The translations under genes and the position numbers were made by a program. Shown here piece by piece: positions 31,328 through 40,979 of a stretch of 64,000 bases of DNA (position 1 is the first letter of the stretch; each line of letters starts with the position of its first letter). The stretch is taken from positions 2,604,001 through 2,668,000 of the forward strand of contig OX337228.1 of the NCBI GenBank assembly GCA_946965045.2, read 5' to 3'. The stretch is from Epithemia pelagica (lineage: Eukaryota; Protista; Bacillariophyta). The notes under the pieces are model-generated. The model was not told the origin of the DNA. It worked only from the letters and a program-made list of their open reading frames with translations, and ran no database searches.

Positions 31328-33025
31328 TCATGAAGACGAGGTGATCGACTCATTCATAGCCGTTGGTGTTTTGAGAAGAAATTGCTCAACGATACAGGTT
31401 GTTCCACCGGTGTAGATTGTATCAGACCCCTGCGTTGCAAGAGCAAAGAGTTTATCTTGGTTGAATGCTGCATCGTTCAAAGATGACGATGCCTCCAATA
31501 CACGTACGGTATGGAGTGGAAGAGCGGAGCGAATATCCCATATCTTGAGTGTACCGTCGTGGCTACAGGAGTAAATTTGGTATGGATCCTTCCGAGACCA
31601 CTGTACTTGGGAAATCCATGCCTTGTGACTTGGCCGAAACACATTGTCCGAAACCAGTATACTAGTACTAGTAGACGCAGTTTGTGTGTCCACCCGTACA
31701 TCCCATAGCCGCAAACCACAATCCGGATGACCCGTCGCACAAATCCCTGGAGAATGAGGGGAAGAATCCAGGCAACCCACTACTCGTGATGTGTTGAGCG
31801 TCGTTAGACAGTCTTGACGTTCCATGTCCCAGACCTTGATAGAATGATCCCAGCTACATGTGATTACTCGATCGCCAATATCAGTTTTCGTACTAGCACC
31901 ACCGAAAAACGAGAGACCGCTGACTTTGGAGTTGTGTGCCTGTAGAGATATGGTAGGAGTCAAACGGCTGGGTGGTGTGGCACGTGTTTGGTCATGACTG
32001 TTCGCGCTCTTTGTTGCTGATTCCTTTCGCTTTTTAGTACTGGGACCATTTTCTTCGCCATCCCCGCTCTCATCCTCACTCGTGTTGTACCTCCACACAA
32101 AGACACCCCCATCCCAATCACCTGAGACGACACGCAACTCTGTCGGATCGTTGGATGATCCTGGCCAGAACACCACTGTCGAGACACTAGCTGCATGTTG
32201 TGCAGTGGCTCGACAGGTCAACCGACTGTCCTCGTTGTTCTGAGAACTATCGTTCTGATCAAGTCGTCCATTCCAAGAATGAAGCGCCACCGTGTGATCC
32301 ATAGATCCTGTGGCCATCCAAACGTTGCATGTTGTTGAATCTGCCGTCTCGGTGGTATCCATAAACGTAGCATCCATACATTTGATTGGACCATTGTGAG
32401 CTTTCGATGATGACGCTAGTGGTTTTAATGATTTATCACGGGCTTGCATCATGTGCAGGGATCCGTCGTAACAAGCTGCCACTACCATGGATGATGATGA
32501 CGATGATGACGACAAATTTTTCGGACAAACATCCACAGTTTGGAGAGCCGAAATCCAATCTGGCAATTGAGGACCTTCCCCTTCTGATGATTTGGGACTC
32601 GGAATAGAAGGAAAATAGGTGACCAATACGGCCTGTTCCAGCGACAAGCCCACTTGACGAACTTCTTTATCCAAGCTGGTTCGTAACAATCGACGAGAGT
32701 CCGGTCCCACCAAAAAGTCAAATTGTAATGGAGACAACAAACCAGATTCATCCTGGTCGTCGTCGTCCTTATCGTTTTCCTCATTGTCCTCTCGACCCAG
32801 TAAATGATTTAAAACAGTAGACAAACCCTTGCGCGTAAGATGGCTGGGGATTGCAATGGCTTCCGTTGGTACAACGAGACTTTGGTCGTGCCGAAATTCT
32901 GGCGCCAGTCGAAAGGTCACTCGAATTTGTTTCGACGAAGGCATGAACTCTTCCTCCATCTCCCCTGGCTCATCGTCCCCATTCTCTTGTAGGCTGTGAG
33001 TTGCTTTCTCATGAGATGGATCCAT
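31328..33025 (-). CDS. YTM1: Ribosome biogenesis protein YTM1/WDR12 (NLE + WD40)
   Basis: NLE domain (LSTVLNHLL, FDFLVG, LLRTSL, PDWISAL) followed by WD40 repeats (SWDHSIKVWD, SHDGTLKIWDIRS). Confidence 0.92.
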   Translation of the reverse strand: MDPSHEKATHSLQENGDDEPGEMEEEFMPSSKQIRVTFRLAPEFRHDQSLVVPTEAIAIPSHLTRKGLSTVLNHLLGREDNEENDKDDDDQDESGLLSPLQFDFLVGPDSRRLLRTSLDKEVRQVGLSLEQAVLVTYFPSIPSPKSSEGEGPQLPDWISALQTVDVCPKNLSSSSSSSSMVVAACYDGSLHMMQARDKSLKPLASSSKAHNGPIKCMDATFMDTTETADSTTCNVWMATGSMDHTVALHSWNGRLDQNDSSQNNEDSRLTCRATAQHAASVSTVVFWPGSSNDPTELRVVSGDWDGGVFVWRYNTSEDESGDGEENGPSTKKRKESATKSANSHDQTRATPPSRLTPTISLQAHNSKVSGLSFFGGASTKTDIGDRVITCSWDHSIKVWDMERQDCLTTLNTSRVVGCLDSSPHSPGICATGHPDCGLRLWDVRVDTQTASTSTSILVSDNVFRPSHKAWISQVQWSRKDPYQIYSCSHDGTLKIWDIRSALPLHTVRVLEASSSLNDAAFNQDKLFALATQGSDTIYTGGTTCIVEQFLLKTPTAMNESITSSS

Positions 33026-33290
33026 TCTTGACGTTTAGGATCTGAACAAGAAAACTGAAATGATGAATGATGAATGGTCGGCATCAGATCCATCCGACAC
33101 AAAACACGTCCGTTTGTCGCCCGTTCCCCATATCACGTCGCACCTGAGTCGCTTTTATCCACACACACATAGCTATCCGTACCTTTCCCCTGTCCAATGC
33201 ACTTCTCCTATTTAAGCTTCATATATCAACTACTCATACTATGCAAAAGAAACGCCGACTCGTTAACAACCCTCTATCAATGCAACAATA

Positions 33291-35663
33291 CTATGAACTA
33301 GACTTGGAATTCTTCGTTTGAAGTTGGTTGAGAACAGCGCGTATTCCCGCCATGTGTTCAGTTCCCGTCGTTTGTTGCTTCAAAGCAGCTTGGTCGATAT
33401 CTATTGTGGAACGTAGCGATTGCACTTGAAGCATGGCGGCAACGACAAAGCCTCCACGATTGCCGCTCAAGACTAGCTCAGTCCATGGAGAGACAGCGCC
33501 CCGTTTCTTGGATTGCATGGCGTCGAACAAGGCCATGGCAAACAGGGGTTTTCTCGCCGTGTCCGTTTCGCGTCTTTTACTTTTCTTGTCCTCACTTGAT
33601 ATGGACAGCGTGGCATCAATTAATAGCAAGTTTTTGATGGCCACATGACCAATGGCGTGCTGCAAAATACCATCACTCTCCATCTTGTCGTCGTCCGTAT
33701 CTTTGAACACGGCGGCCACGACCGCACCCGCCAGTGCCGGGGATCGAAACTGTTGATACACAAACCGCAACACGGCCGATCCGGAACGAGAGAGCACAAG
33801 TTCCTTGGCATGTTGGACACACATGTCAATCAAGGGTTGCTGGAGGTATTGAAACAATTCTTGTTGGCGCAAGGCCAAGTCTTTTTTACTGGTGGGAATC
33901 TCCTTGCCTGTCGTCGAACCGTCTCCGGATTCCTCATTCTTGATTTGTACCATAGGAATTTTGCCCGGCTCCAAGACGGCCCATTCGTATGGATCCAGTA
34001 CTTTTCGTAAGAGACCGTCCTCATTCTGCATCAACAAGATGAATAAAAATAATTTGGAAGCGTGTTCCGACAAGGCCAGTTGCAACAAGGGATGATTATC
34101 GACCGAGTTTGTGTCCTCTGCGGTCTTGTCGTCTTGGTCCTTGTTTGTCTTTGATTCATTCTGAATTGTTGGGTTTGTAGCTGTCGGAGATGAGGGTGGT
34201 GGCGTTGTGAGCAATTCATTCAAAATGTTCTTGTGCAGCAAGACGGTGTCGTCTGTGAGTTGTACCAATCGAAGAATGGCGAGATAGGCTTGGGGATGCA
34301 ACAACCCAGATCGAGCATAACCCTTGAGAGATTTACAAATGCTTTTGCGATCCTTGGCGGTACCATAGGAAATAAAATCACACAACACGCGGACACCGGC
34401 CCGACTGCTCATCAAATGTACAGCAGAATCACAGACTGCGGCCCCTCCCTGTTCCAACAAGGAACGGACTTGAGTTCCCGAAACGACGGAGCAATAATCT
34501 CGCAACAAATCTTGGAAAAAAGAAAGTGCATACAAGTTCTTTTCCATTCCCTTGAGAACCAATTGTTGTACAAATGACAAAGTGGCCTCCTGATGTTGTG
34601 GAATCTGTTGGAGACAGTGTTCCAGTGTTGTACTATTGGTGGTCGTCGTTGGTTTGTTGTTGTTGTTGTTGTTGTCGTCGTCAAGCTCTTGCTCTTGGCT
34701 AATGAATAATGCCACATGGGGTCCAAATAATTGCAACTTGAGAGGAAAAAACTTTTTGGGGGACAAGGTGGTAAAGAGTGCTTCCACGACCTTACAGGCC
34801 ACAGCATGGACAGCGAGTTTGGGTAATTGCAGTGTCGACGCAGTCTTGCCCTTGTTCGTGTCGTTCTTGTTGTTGTTGTTATTATTGTTGGAAGCTGCCA
34901 GTAAAAAATTCTTGACCAGCTTTGCAGAGCATTGTTCATCTTTATGAGTATACTGAATGGCCTTGAGGACACAAAAGTGTGCATATTGGCTTTTGGACAA
35001 TTCGGGCAAGGTTCCAGCTTGTGCCGTCAATTCTTGTAACAGATTTTGTCGTTCCTCCATTGTCCCATGATGAAAAGCGGCTTGTGCGACACGAGCGGCG
35101 TCATGTTGCAAACAAATCTCCTTCACCTTGCCTTGAATCAAGGGCATGAGTTGTGTCATGAGTGTTCGTCGACGTGTGGGCGATACGTTTTTCTGCCGTA
35201 ATTCATTCCACAAGACCTTGGCCTCGGTTACCACATCGGCATGTTTGCGATTTGATTGACGAGCCTGTTTTTCTTCTCGATGTTGCTGATTGCTACCGGA
35301 CGCTTTTGTGGTTTGTTTAGCCTTGTTGTTGTTGTTCTTGTGCTTGTCCTGATGGTTCGTACGGCCCTGTTGGCCCTTCTTATTGTGGTCCATGCCTTTT
35401 TTGGAGGTTTCATGTTTCGCCTTTTTTCTTGGAGACTCGTTGCTATTGTTGTTGTTGTCACGTTTACCTGTCTTGGAGGAAGGCTTCCTCTTGTGTTTGT
35501 GGCTGCCTGTGGTATTGGATGCCGTCATGGTGGTAGTCGACATTCCACATAGAAATACAAGGGAGAAGGAAAAAATGAACAAAGAAATCCGATGGTTGTG
35601 GTTCCTGTGGAATTTTAAAACTGGAATTTGAAAGTTCAAACTGTATGTTTGTGCGACTACCAA
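33291..35663 (-). CDS. PUF6: Pumilio-family PUF6/PUM3 protein with CPL region; likely start at ATG 35543
   Basis: Lys-rich N-terminus, AKVLWNELR, LQHDAARVAQ, SKSQYAHFCVLK, GTAKDRKSICKSLK and DDTVLLHK. Confidence 0.88.
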   Translation of the reverse strand: MVVAQTYSLNFQIPVLKFHRNHNHRISLFIFSFSLVFLCGMSTTTMTASNTTGSHKHKRKPSSKTGKRDNNNNSNESPRKKAKHETSKKGMDHNKKGQQGRTNHQDKHKNNNNKAKQTTKASGSNQQHREEKQARQSNRKHADVVTEAKVLWNELRQKNVSPTRRRTLMTQLMPLIQGKVKEICLQHDAARVAQAAFHHGTMEERQNLLQELTAQAGTLPELSKSQYAHFCVLKAIQYTHKDEQCSAKLVKNFLLAASNNNNNNNKNDTNKGKTASTLQLPKLAVHAVACKVVEALFTTLSPKKFFPLKLQLFGPHVALFISQEQELDDDNNNNNNKPTTTTNSTTLEHCLQQIPQHQEATLSFVQQLVLKGMEKNLYALSFFQDLLRDYCSVVSGTQVRSLLEQGGAAVCDSAVHLMSSRAGVRVLCDFISYGTAKDRKSICKSLKGYARSGLLHPQAYLAILRLVQLTDDTVLLHKNILNELLTTPPPSSPTATNPTIQNESKTNKDQDDKTAEDTNSVDNHPLLQLALSEHASKLFLFILLMQNEDGLLRKVLDPYEWAVLEPGKIPMVQIKNEESGDGSTTGKEIPTSKKDLALRQQELFQYLQQPLIDMCVQHAKELVLSRSGSAVLRFVYQQFRSPALAGAVVAAVFKDTDDDKMESDGILQHAIGHVAIKNLLLIDATLSISSEDKKSKRRETDTARKPLFAMALFDAMQSKKRGAVSPWTELVLSGNRGGFVVAAMLQVQSLRSTIDIDQAALKQQTTGTEHMAGIRAVLNQLQTKNSKSSS

Positions 35664-38600
35664 AAATACGCACTTCCGAGATTTTTTCTCGTGTCCCCAT
35701 CAAAAAACGACGACCGAAATTCCCCATCACCACCATGAGATTCGTGTGGCTCGTCGGCAGCAAGTCGCATCCTCCCTCCAGTATTCCATGGAGACAATCA
35801 CGACGACAGCTCAAGTCTCGTAGTTTCCCTACTACAACAGAACGATTCTTATGCAACACTGAATTTCCGGCGTTGTTGTTCTGTGACCGACGACCGCACC
35901 GTCGGCGTGCCATTCCGACGACTCCTACAATGGGCCATCGAACGGATGGGTCGTCTCCAACAGTGACTGCGCGTTCATGGACTAGTCGACCAGAGCGACC
36001 GTATGGATACGACAACCGACGAGTACTACTACAGCAACGATGGCTATCGGCATCAACAACAACGACCACCGACGACGAGGCGATCGATGGACGGCCAGAC
36101 TCAGTGACAACAGGTCTTCCTGGCGATCTCTATGTGGAGGATAAGGACGACTCGAACCATGACCCAGATGAACTCAATGAACCATTGAAGTTGTACCAGG
36201 AAAACGACGACAATCCTATTCTCGATCAGGCCCATGACGACTCGTTTGCGTCCTTTGATGAGAACCAGCAGGATGTAGCCTACAATCCATTGCCAGATTA
36301 CCTGGAACTGAACGGCTTGGTGGATGAATCACTTCAAGACCTTCAGGAGCTGTTGGAACAAACTCAATCGGTCTTGCGCTGTCCGTCCACGCGAGATAAC
36401 ACCGAGGCAGCCCGGGAATTGCTCGACACCTGGTTGAAATTGCATCACGAATGGTATCAACTCTTTGCTTCTTCATTTTTGTTTGGTGGAATGGATCGAC
36501 AACCTCCTCCTGCCAGTGGTCAAGCCTCGGCCACTCGTTTGGTTCATGCCATGCTACAGGCCTGTCGGGCCATTCATGACCTTGTACCCTTTGTCGAACC
36601 GCGGTTGGCACCCTACTTTCAATATTTTGAACATTCCATGGAACAACCCGAAGCCTTGCTTTCTTCTTCATCGTCCTTGTCTTCCGTGGCTTCGCCGCTG
36701 CCTCCCACAGCCCTTTCGTCGTCGTCGTCGTCGTCGTCGGATGCCAACGACGAAAATGAACAGTCCATGGACACACCCAAGAATCAAGAAGTTGACCCCG
36801 ATGTCTTGTACTCGTTGGCGACTAGTGTCATGGAACTATCGGCCAAATCGTTGCAAGCCTGCTTCTCCGTTGCCCCTTTGTCATCCACACCAGCACGACG
36901 ACGAGGGAACCGTAACGATGCTTCTGCGAATGACGACAACGACGACGACCGTACAATGACGGATCTTCCATCCTGGACCGACATTCATCGACTCCTACGA
37001 GAAATCCCACAGCGTACACAATCCCTGTTTGAACGACTTCATTCCCTCTTGGGTTCCACCATTACCACTAACGAGACAACTACAACGACGTCATCGTCAT
37101 TGACAGAGGATTTTGCAACGCAACGAGCAATGCTCAAACACAAAAAGATATTGCAACCAGCTATGCCTCACGTTCTCCTAACGTGGGCCTATAGTCGAGA
37201 ACATCATCGAGCAGCTCGTGCCCAACATTTCTTTGAAACCTACCAGCAGTGGTTGGAAGATCCGTCGACGACCAACAACAATAATCCATCCGCTGCTGAG
37301 GTTTTGCAAAAGGCACAAGTGTACCGGATTCTGTTACGTGCTTGGTGTTTCGATGACTTTGACAAACAAGCAGCCTTTAATGCAACGGGACATTTGATTT
37401 CTTTGGAAAAGCTACTTCAGAACCATGGAACAGGGCGAATGGCTCAACTGGATTTATCACAGGACATGAGTGACAACGATTCCTTCCAGCCGTTCTTGTC
37501 TAGTTCATACGTTGGACCATCGATGGAAGAGTATCACTTGGCAATGCAAGCGTGGACCCGTGATGAATCCAAATATCCCCACACGCGGGCATTTCGTGTG
37601 GTGCAACAACTTCTAAGGCTTCGGGACCGCAGACCGGGCCAGGAAGATGAGGAACCTGTCACAGCTTCAACCACGACGACGACTAATTCTATGACTCCTC
37701 TTCGACCGGACGTCAAGTGCTTTGCATACTTGTTTCAAACTGCAGCATCTCGACCCTTGATGGATCCCATTGACATGTCGCGATTTCTGAAGGAATCCTG
37801 GAATATCATGGTAGCAAAGCTGGGTCTATGGCCAAATGCCGTTTGTTTTGCGTCAGCGATTCGGGCATGGAAATTTGTGGCCTTGCATCCCAATCTGGAA
37901 ACCCAAACCCAGGCCATGGAGGTGAATGTCAAGACGGAACGAGACAAGGCCGTCCGATGGGTACTGGATTTATTTGACACGGCCAAACGAGCGGTCAAGG
38001 AGCAAGATCACGACGAGAGCAACGACACTGGAGACCGTCCCCATTTGTCCACTGCGGTATACAATGACGTTTTGGAGTCGATTTCGGTGTGGCCCGTGAG
38101 CATGAAACGAAAGACCGCGCTAGCTCAAGAAATTTTGGAAGAAATGGAAAAGGGCAATTTGCACGACATGGGCGGCGAAGTATTTCGTCCACCTCCCCCA
38201 AATGCTCGTTCGTACCAGCTGCTCGTCAATATTTGGAAATCGGCACTTCCGACGACAACAACAACAACGGCACATGAACTAGGTGGACGTGGACGTGGAG
38301 GAACAGCCTCACCATTGAATACCATGGCAAAACATCAAGAAGCCTTGGTCAATGTCAAAAAGCTTTTGTGGCAAATGACGGACCGTCTACAGCAGCAGCA
38401 ACAACAAAAGACGGATGAAGGCCAAGACGATGGACCGGAAGAACTGTCCTCACGACAAGATCAATACCTTCACAAACGTGAAGGAGTTCGATTTCGAACC
38501 AATATGCGATTGCGTGAGAATGAATTGATACAGCAAAGTGATCACTCTGGATTTCCTGTGGAGGTATTGAATGCCTTTGTGGACCTTTGTGCTCATTGTC

Positions 38601-39199
38601 CCGTACATTTATCCCAGACGATAGGGACCACACCATCATCACAACAACAACAACCACAGCAACTCGCATCTCTCGAGGACAAGGACGAGGCGAGTAGTGA
38701 CCAGGGACTGTTAATTTTTCGGGAAGCCTTGTCCGCGGTAGAATCCTTTCGTCGTCGCGAGCAAGTGCAACCAAATTGGGGTACCTACGCAGGATTGTTG
38801 TATGCGGCCGACAATTTGCTTTCGTCGTCGTCCGCCGTCCAAAAACACAAGATTATCGACCGTGTCTTCAAGTTGGCGTGCAGCGACGGCATGGTGGAAG
38901 AATTGGTCCTTCAAGCGCTCATGGCCGTGACGACGACTGGACAATACGAGGAACTGGTTCTTTCCCAGAGTATTAGTAATAGAAGTGGTGGTCCGACCGT
39001 GCCCGAGGAGTGGACACGGAAAGTACTGGGAGCGGGTCGAACATTATCCTTGGATGGTCGAAAAGTGCGTCCTCTCAGTGTCTCGGGCAAAGTCACCGAG
39101 ACAAGGGCCATGAAGGAGTTTCGAATGCGCAAGTTGCGCGAAAAGCCTGGCCAAAAGCTTTTACGCGGAGGGCGAACACTGGAAGAAAAGACTGCGTAG
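35645..39199 (+). CDS. PPR-like organellar RNA-binding protein
   Basis: Degenerate PPR starts PDVKCFAYL, PNAVCFASAIRAW, TAVYNDVL, PNARSYQLLVNIW and PNWGTYAGLL; Arg/Ser-rich transit-peptide-like N-terminus. Confidence 0.7.
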   Translation: MFVRLPKIRTSEIFSRVPIKKRRPKFPITTMRFVWLVGSKSHPPSSIPWRQSRRQLKSRSFPTTTERFLCNTEFPALLFCDRRPHRRRAIPTTPTMGHRTDGSSPTVTARSWTSRPERPYGYDNRRVLLQQRWLSASTTTTTDDEAIDGRPDSVTTGLPGDLYVEDKDDSNHDPDELNEPLKLYQENDDNPILDQAHDDSFASFDENQQDVAYNPLPDYLELNGLVDESLQDLQELLEQTQSVLRCPSTRDNTEAARELLDTWLKLHHEWYQLFASSFLFGGMDRQPPPASGQASATRLVHAMLQACRAIHDLVPFVEPRLAPYFQYFEHSMEQPEALLSSSSSLSSVASPLPPTALSSSSSSSSDANDENEQSMDTPKNQEVDPDVLYSLATSVMELSAKSLQACFSVAPLSSTPARRRGNRNDASANDDNDDDRTMTDLPSWTDIHRLLREIPQRTQSLFERLHSLLGSTITTNETTTTTSSSLTEDFATQRAMLKHKKILQPAMPHVLLTWAYSREHHRAARAQHFFETYQQWLEDPSTTNNNNPSAAEVLQKAQVYRILLRAWCFDDFDKQAAFNATGHLISLEKLLQNHGTGRMAQLDLSQDMSDNDSFQPFLSSSYVGPSMEEYHLAMQAWTRDESKYPHTRAFRVVQQLLRLRDRRPGQEDEEPVTASTTTTTNSMTPLRPDVKCFAYLFQTAASRPLMDPIDMSRFLKESWNIMVAKLGLWPNAVCFASAIRAWKFVALHPNLETQTQAMEVNVKTERDKAVRWVLDLFDTAKRAVKEQDHDESNDTGDRPHLSTAVYNDVLESISVWPVSMKRKTALAQEILEEMEKGNLHDMGGEVFRPPPPNARSYQLLVNIWKSALPTTTTTTAHELGGRGRGGTASPLNTMAKHQEALVNVKKLLWQMTDRLQQQQQQKTDEGQDDGPEELSSRQDQYLHKREGVRFRTNMRLRENELIQQSDHSGFPVEVLNAFVDLCAHCPVHLSQTIGTTPSSQQQQPQQLASLEDKDEASSDQGLLIFREALSAVESFRRREQVQPNWGTYAGLLYAADNLLSSSSAVQKHKIIDRVFKLACSDGMVEELVLQALMAVTTTGQYEELVLSQSISNRSGGPTVPEEWTRKVLGAGRTLSLDGRKVRPLSVSGKVTETRAMKEFRMRKLREKPGQKLLRGGRTLEEKTA

Positions 39200-39490
39200 T
39201 TAATCTAACTAAGCGATGGATTGGACAGTACGAATGTTTGGTTGGTAGCGAGACGAGAGCTTTGGCTGTACGAAGATGCGAAAATTGTGAGAGCGATTTC
39301 CAAAGCCGAGGATCGGTCTGCATCCGATACGCAAGCCATACGCTTTGCGGGCGCATACGCGCGCTGAGATCTGGTGCGACAGAAGAAAGAGAAATTGCCT
39401 CCGGTGGTGATACGTCATCTTCATTCATGTCCTCGTCCTCCCCTCTCGCTCTCGTGTCAAAAACAAAGGTACACCCCCATGAGAATAACC

Positions 39491-40807
39491 ATGATTCGCC
39501 GACCGGCTCCCTTCATGATGACATGGCCCTTGATAACCTTCTATTTCGCAGCAATCGTCACAGAGGGCGCCTCTGCGTTCCTGGCAGTCCACCATGGTGT
39601 GTCGAATGCTAGATCGTTTGGCATGGACAAGAGCGTGACGCCCACCCGTTCGTCGGGGAAATCGGTATCGTCTTGTGTATTCCGTCGACGAGCGTTTCTG
39701 GCAAATTCGGCCAGTGCTCAAGATCGGGATGACAACAACGATACCAGTTCTTCCTCAACGACAACAACATCGACACCGACGGCACCACCGCCCCTGTTCA
39801 ACGGAAAACGCATCCTGCCAGGTTCCATTGTGTTGGCGGGCTTGAGGGCGTCGTCGGGTGGCCAACGCGTCGCTGCCGTCTATGCGATTTATACCAACCA
39901 AAAAGAAGAGAATGACTGGAAGACCACGCTTCATGTGGGCACGACTCAAGATTTGTACGGCACTCTCACAACCTGGGAAGCGGCCGTGGGCAAAATTGAT
40001 CGGATGCGGGCCCTTTCCTTCTCCACCTATGCGCCCAATTCAATGCAAGAAATGGTTCAGGAGTGGAAGCAACAGGCTCAAGATGCTGGTGCTATCCTCA
40101 TGAACTGGATTGATCCTTCACCATACCTGGATGACGATGAAGACGACGACGATGATGATGACGATGAGTGGGACGATATCGACATGACTGCCCAGTCGGT
40201 TGCCACGGTCGAAATGACAGATACGGGCGACGTTGTTTCCCCGTTTGCATCCGAAACAGCCGACCAACCTACTGTGGTGGAAGAGGATCCAACTTCGGCT
40301 GATTTACCATTGCCATTTACGGTAGAGTCGGTCGATTCCGTCTTGGACGAAGTTCGACCGTATTTGGTAGCGGACGGCGGCAACGTTGCCGTGGTCAATG
40401 TTTTTGTACAAGATATTGAGACAGAGAATCCAAGGAGAACGGTGCAATTGGAACTTCAAGGGGCATGTGGCTCTTGTCCGTCTTCCACCGTCACAATGCA
40501 AATGGGAATTGAGCGAGTGCTCAGGGAACAGTTTGGACCGGCCATTGTCGTGGAGCAAGTGCAACCAGACTCGGACGGCGAGAAATCAGAGTCGCATTAT
40601 CGCTCCTTGGTGGAAGAGGAAATGAATCGCTTGTCCCAAGCCATTACGGCCATGGGTGGAACGGCAGAAATCGTCAGTGTGAATGAAGATACTGGAGATG
40701 TGAAACTCTTTTACAAGGGGCCGGCCAAGTTGAAGCAAGGACTCGAACTCGCGCTCAGAGATATTATTCCATCCGTAGAGTTTGTGGAAGAGGATGGAAA
40801 CGAATAA
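39491..40807 (+). CDS. NFU: Plastid NFU (NifU C-terminal) Fe-S carrier with N-terminal GIY-YIG-like domain
   Basis: Signal peptide + ASA|FLA (39569-39586); LDEVRPYLVADGGNV and LQGACGSCPSSTVTMQMGIERVL; a second degenerate NFU repeat without CxxC. Confidence 0.88.
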   Translation: MIRRPAPFMMTWPLITFYFAAIVTEGASAFLAVHHGVSNARSFGMDKSVTPTRSSGKSVSSCVFRRRAFLANSASAQDRDDNNDTSSSSTTTTSTPTAPPPLFNGKRILPGSIVLAGLRASSGGQRVAAVYAIYTNQKEENDWKTTLHVGTTQDLYGTLTTWEAAVGKIDRMRALSFSTYAPNSMQEMVQEWKQQAQDAGAILMNWIDPSPYLDDDEDDDDDDDDEWDDIDMTAQSVATVEMTDTGDVVSPFASETADQPTVVEEDPTSADLPLPFTVESVDSVLDEVRPYLVADGGNVAVVNVFVQDIETENPRRTVQLELQGACGSCPSSTVTMQMGIERVLREQFGPAIVVEQVQPDSDGEKSESHYRSLVEEEMNRLSQAITAMGGTAEIVSVNEDTGDVKLFYKGPAKLKQGLELALRDIIPSVEFVEEDGNE

Positions 40808-40979
40808 GGAAGGATGATCCCTGCCTTGCCACATGCATCAAAACAACTAGAACCTCCTGTACAATATTAGCTGCGCGCTACCAGAAACAACACAGCAAGA
40901 CATTAGAAATATTCTGCAGTACAACCACCGTCATTTCGAAGAGTACCAGCAGTTTTGACTTTAGTTTTTCTTTATGCTA

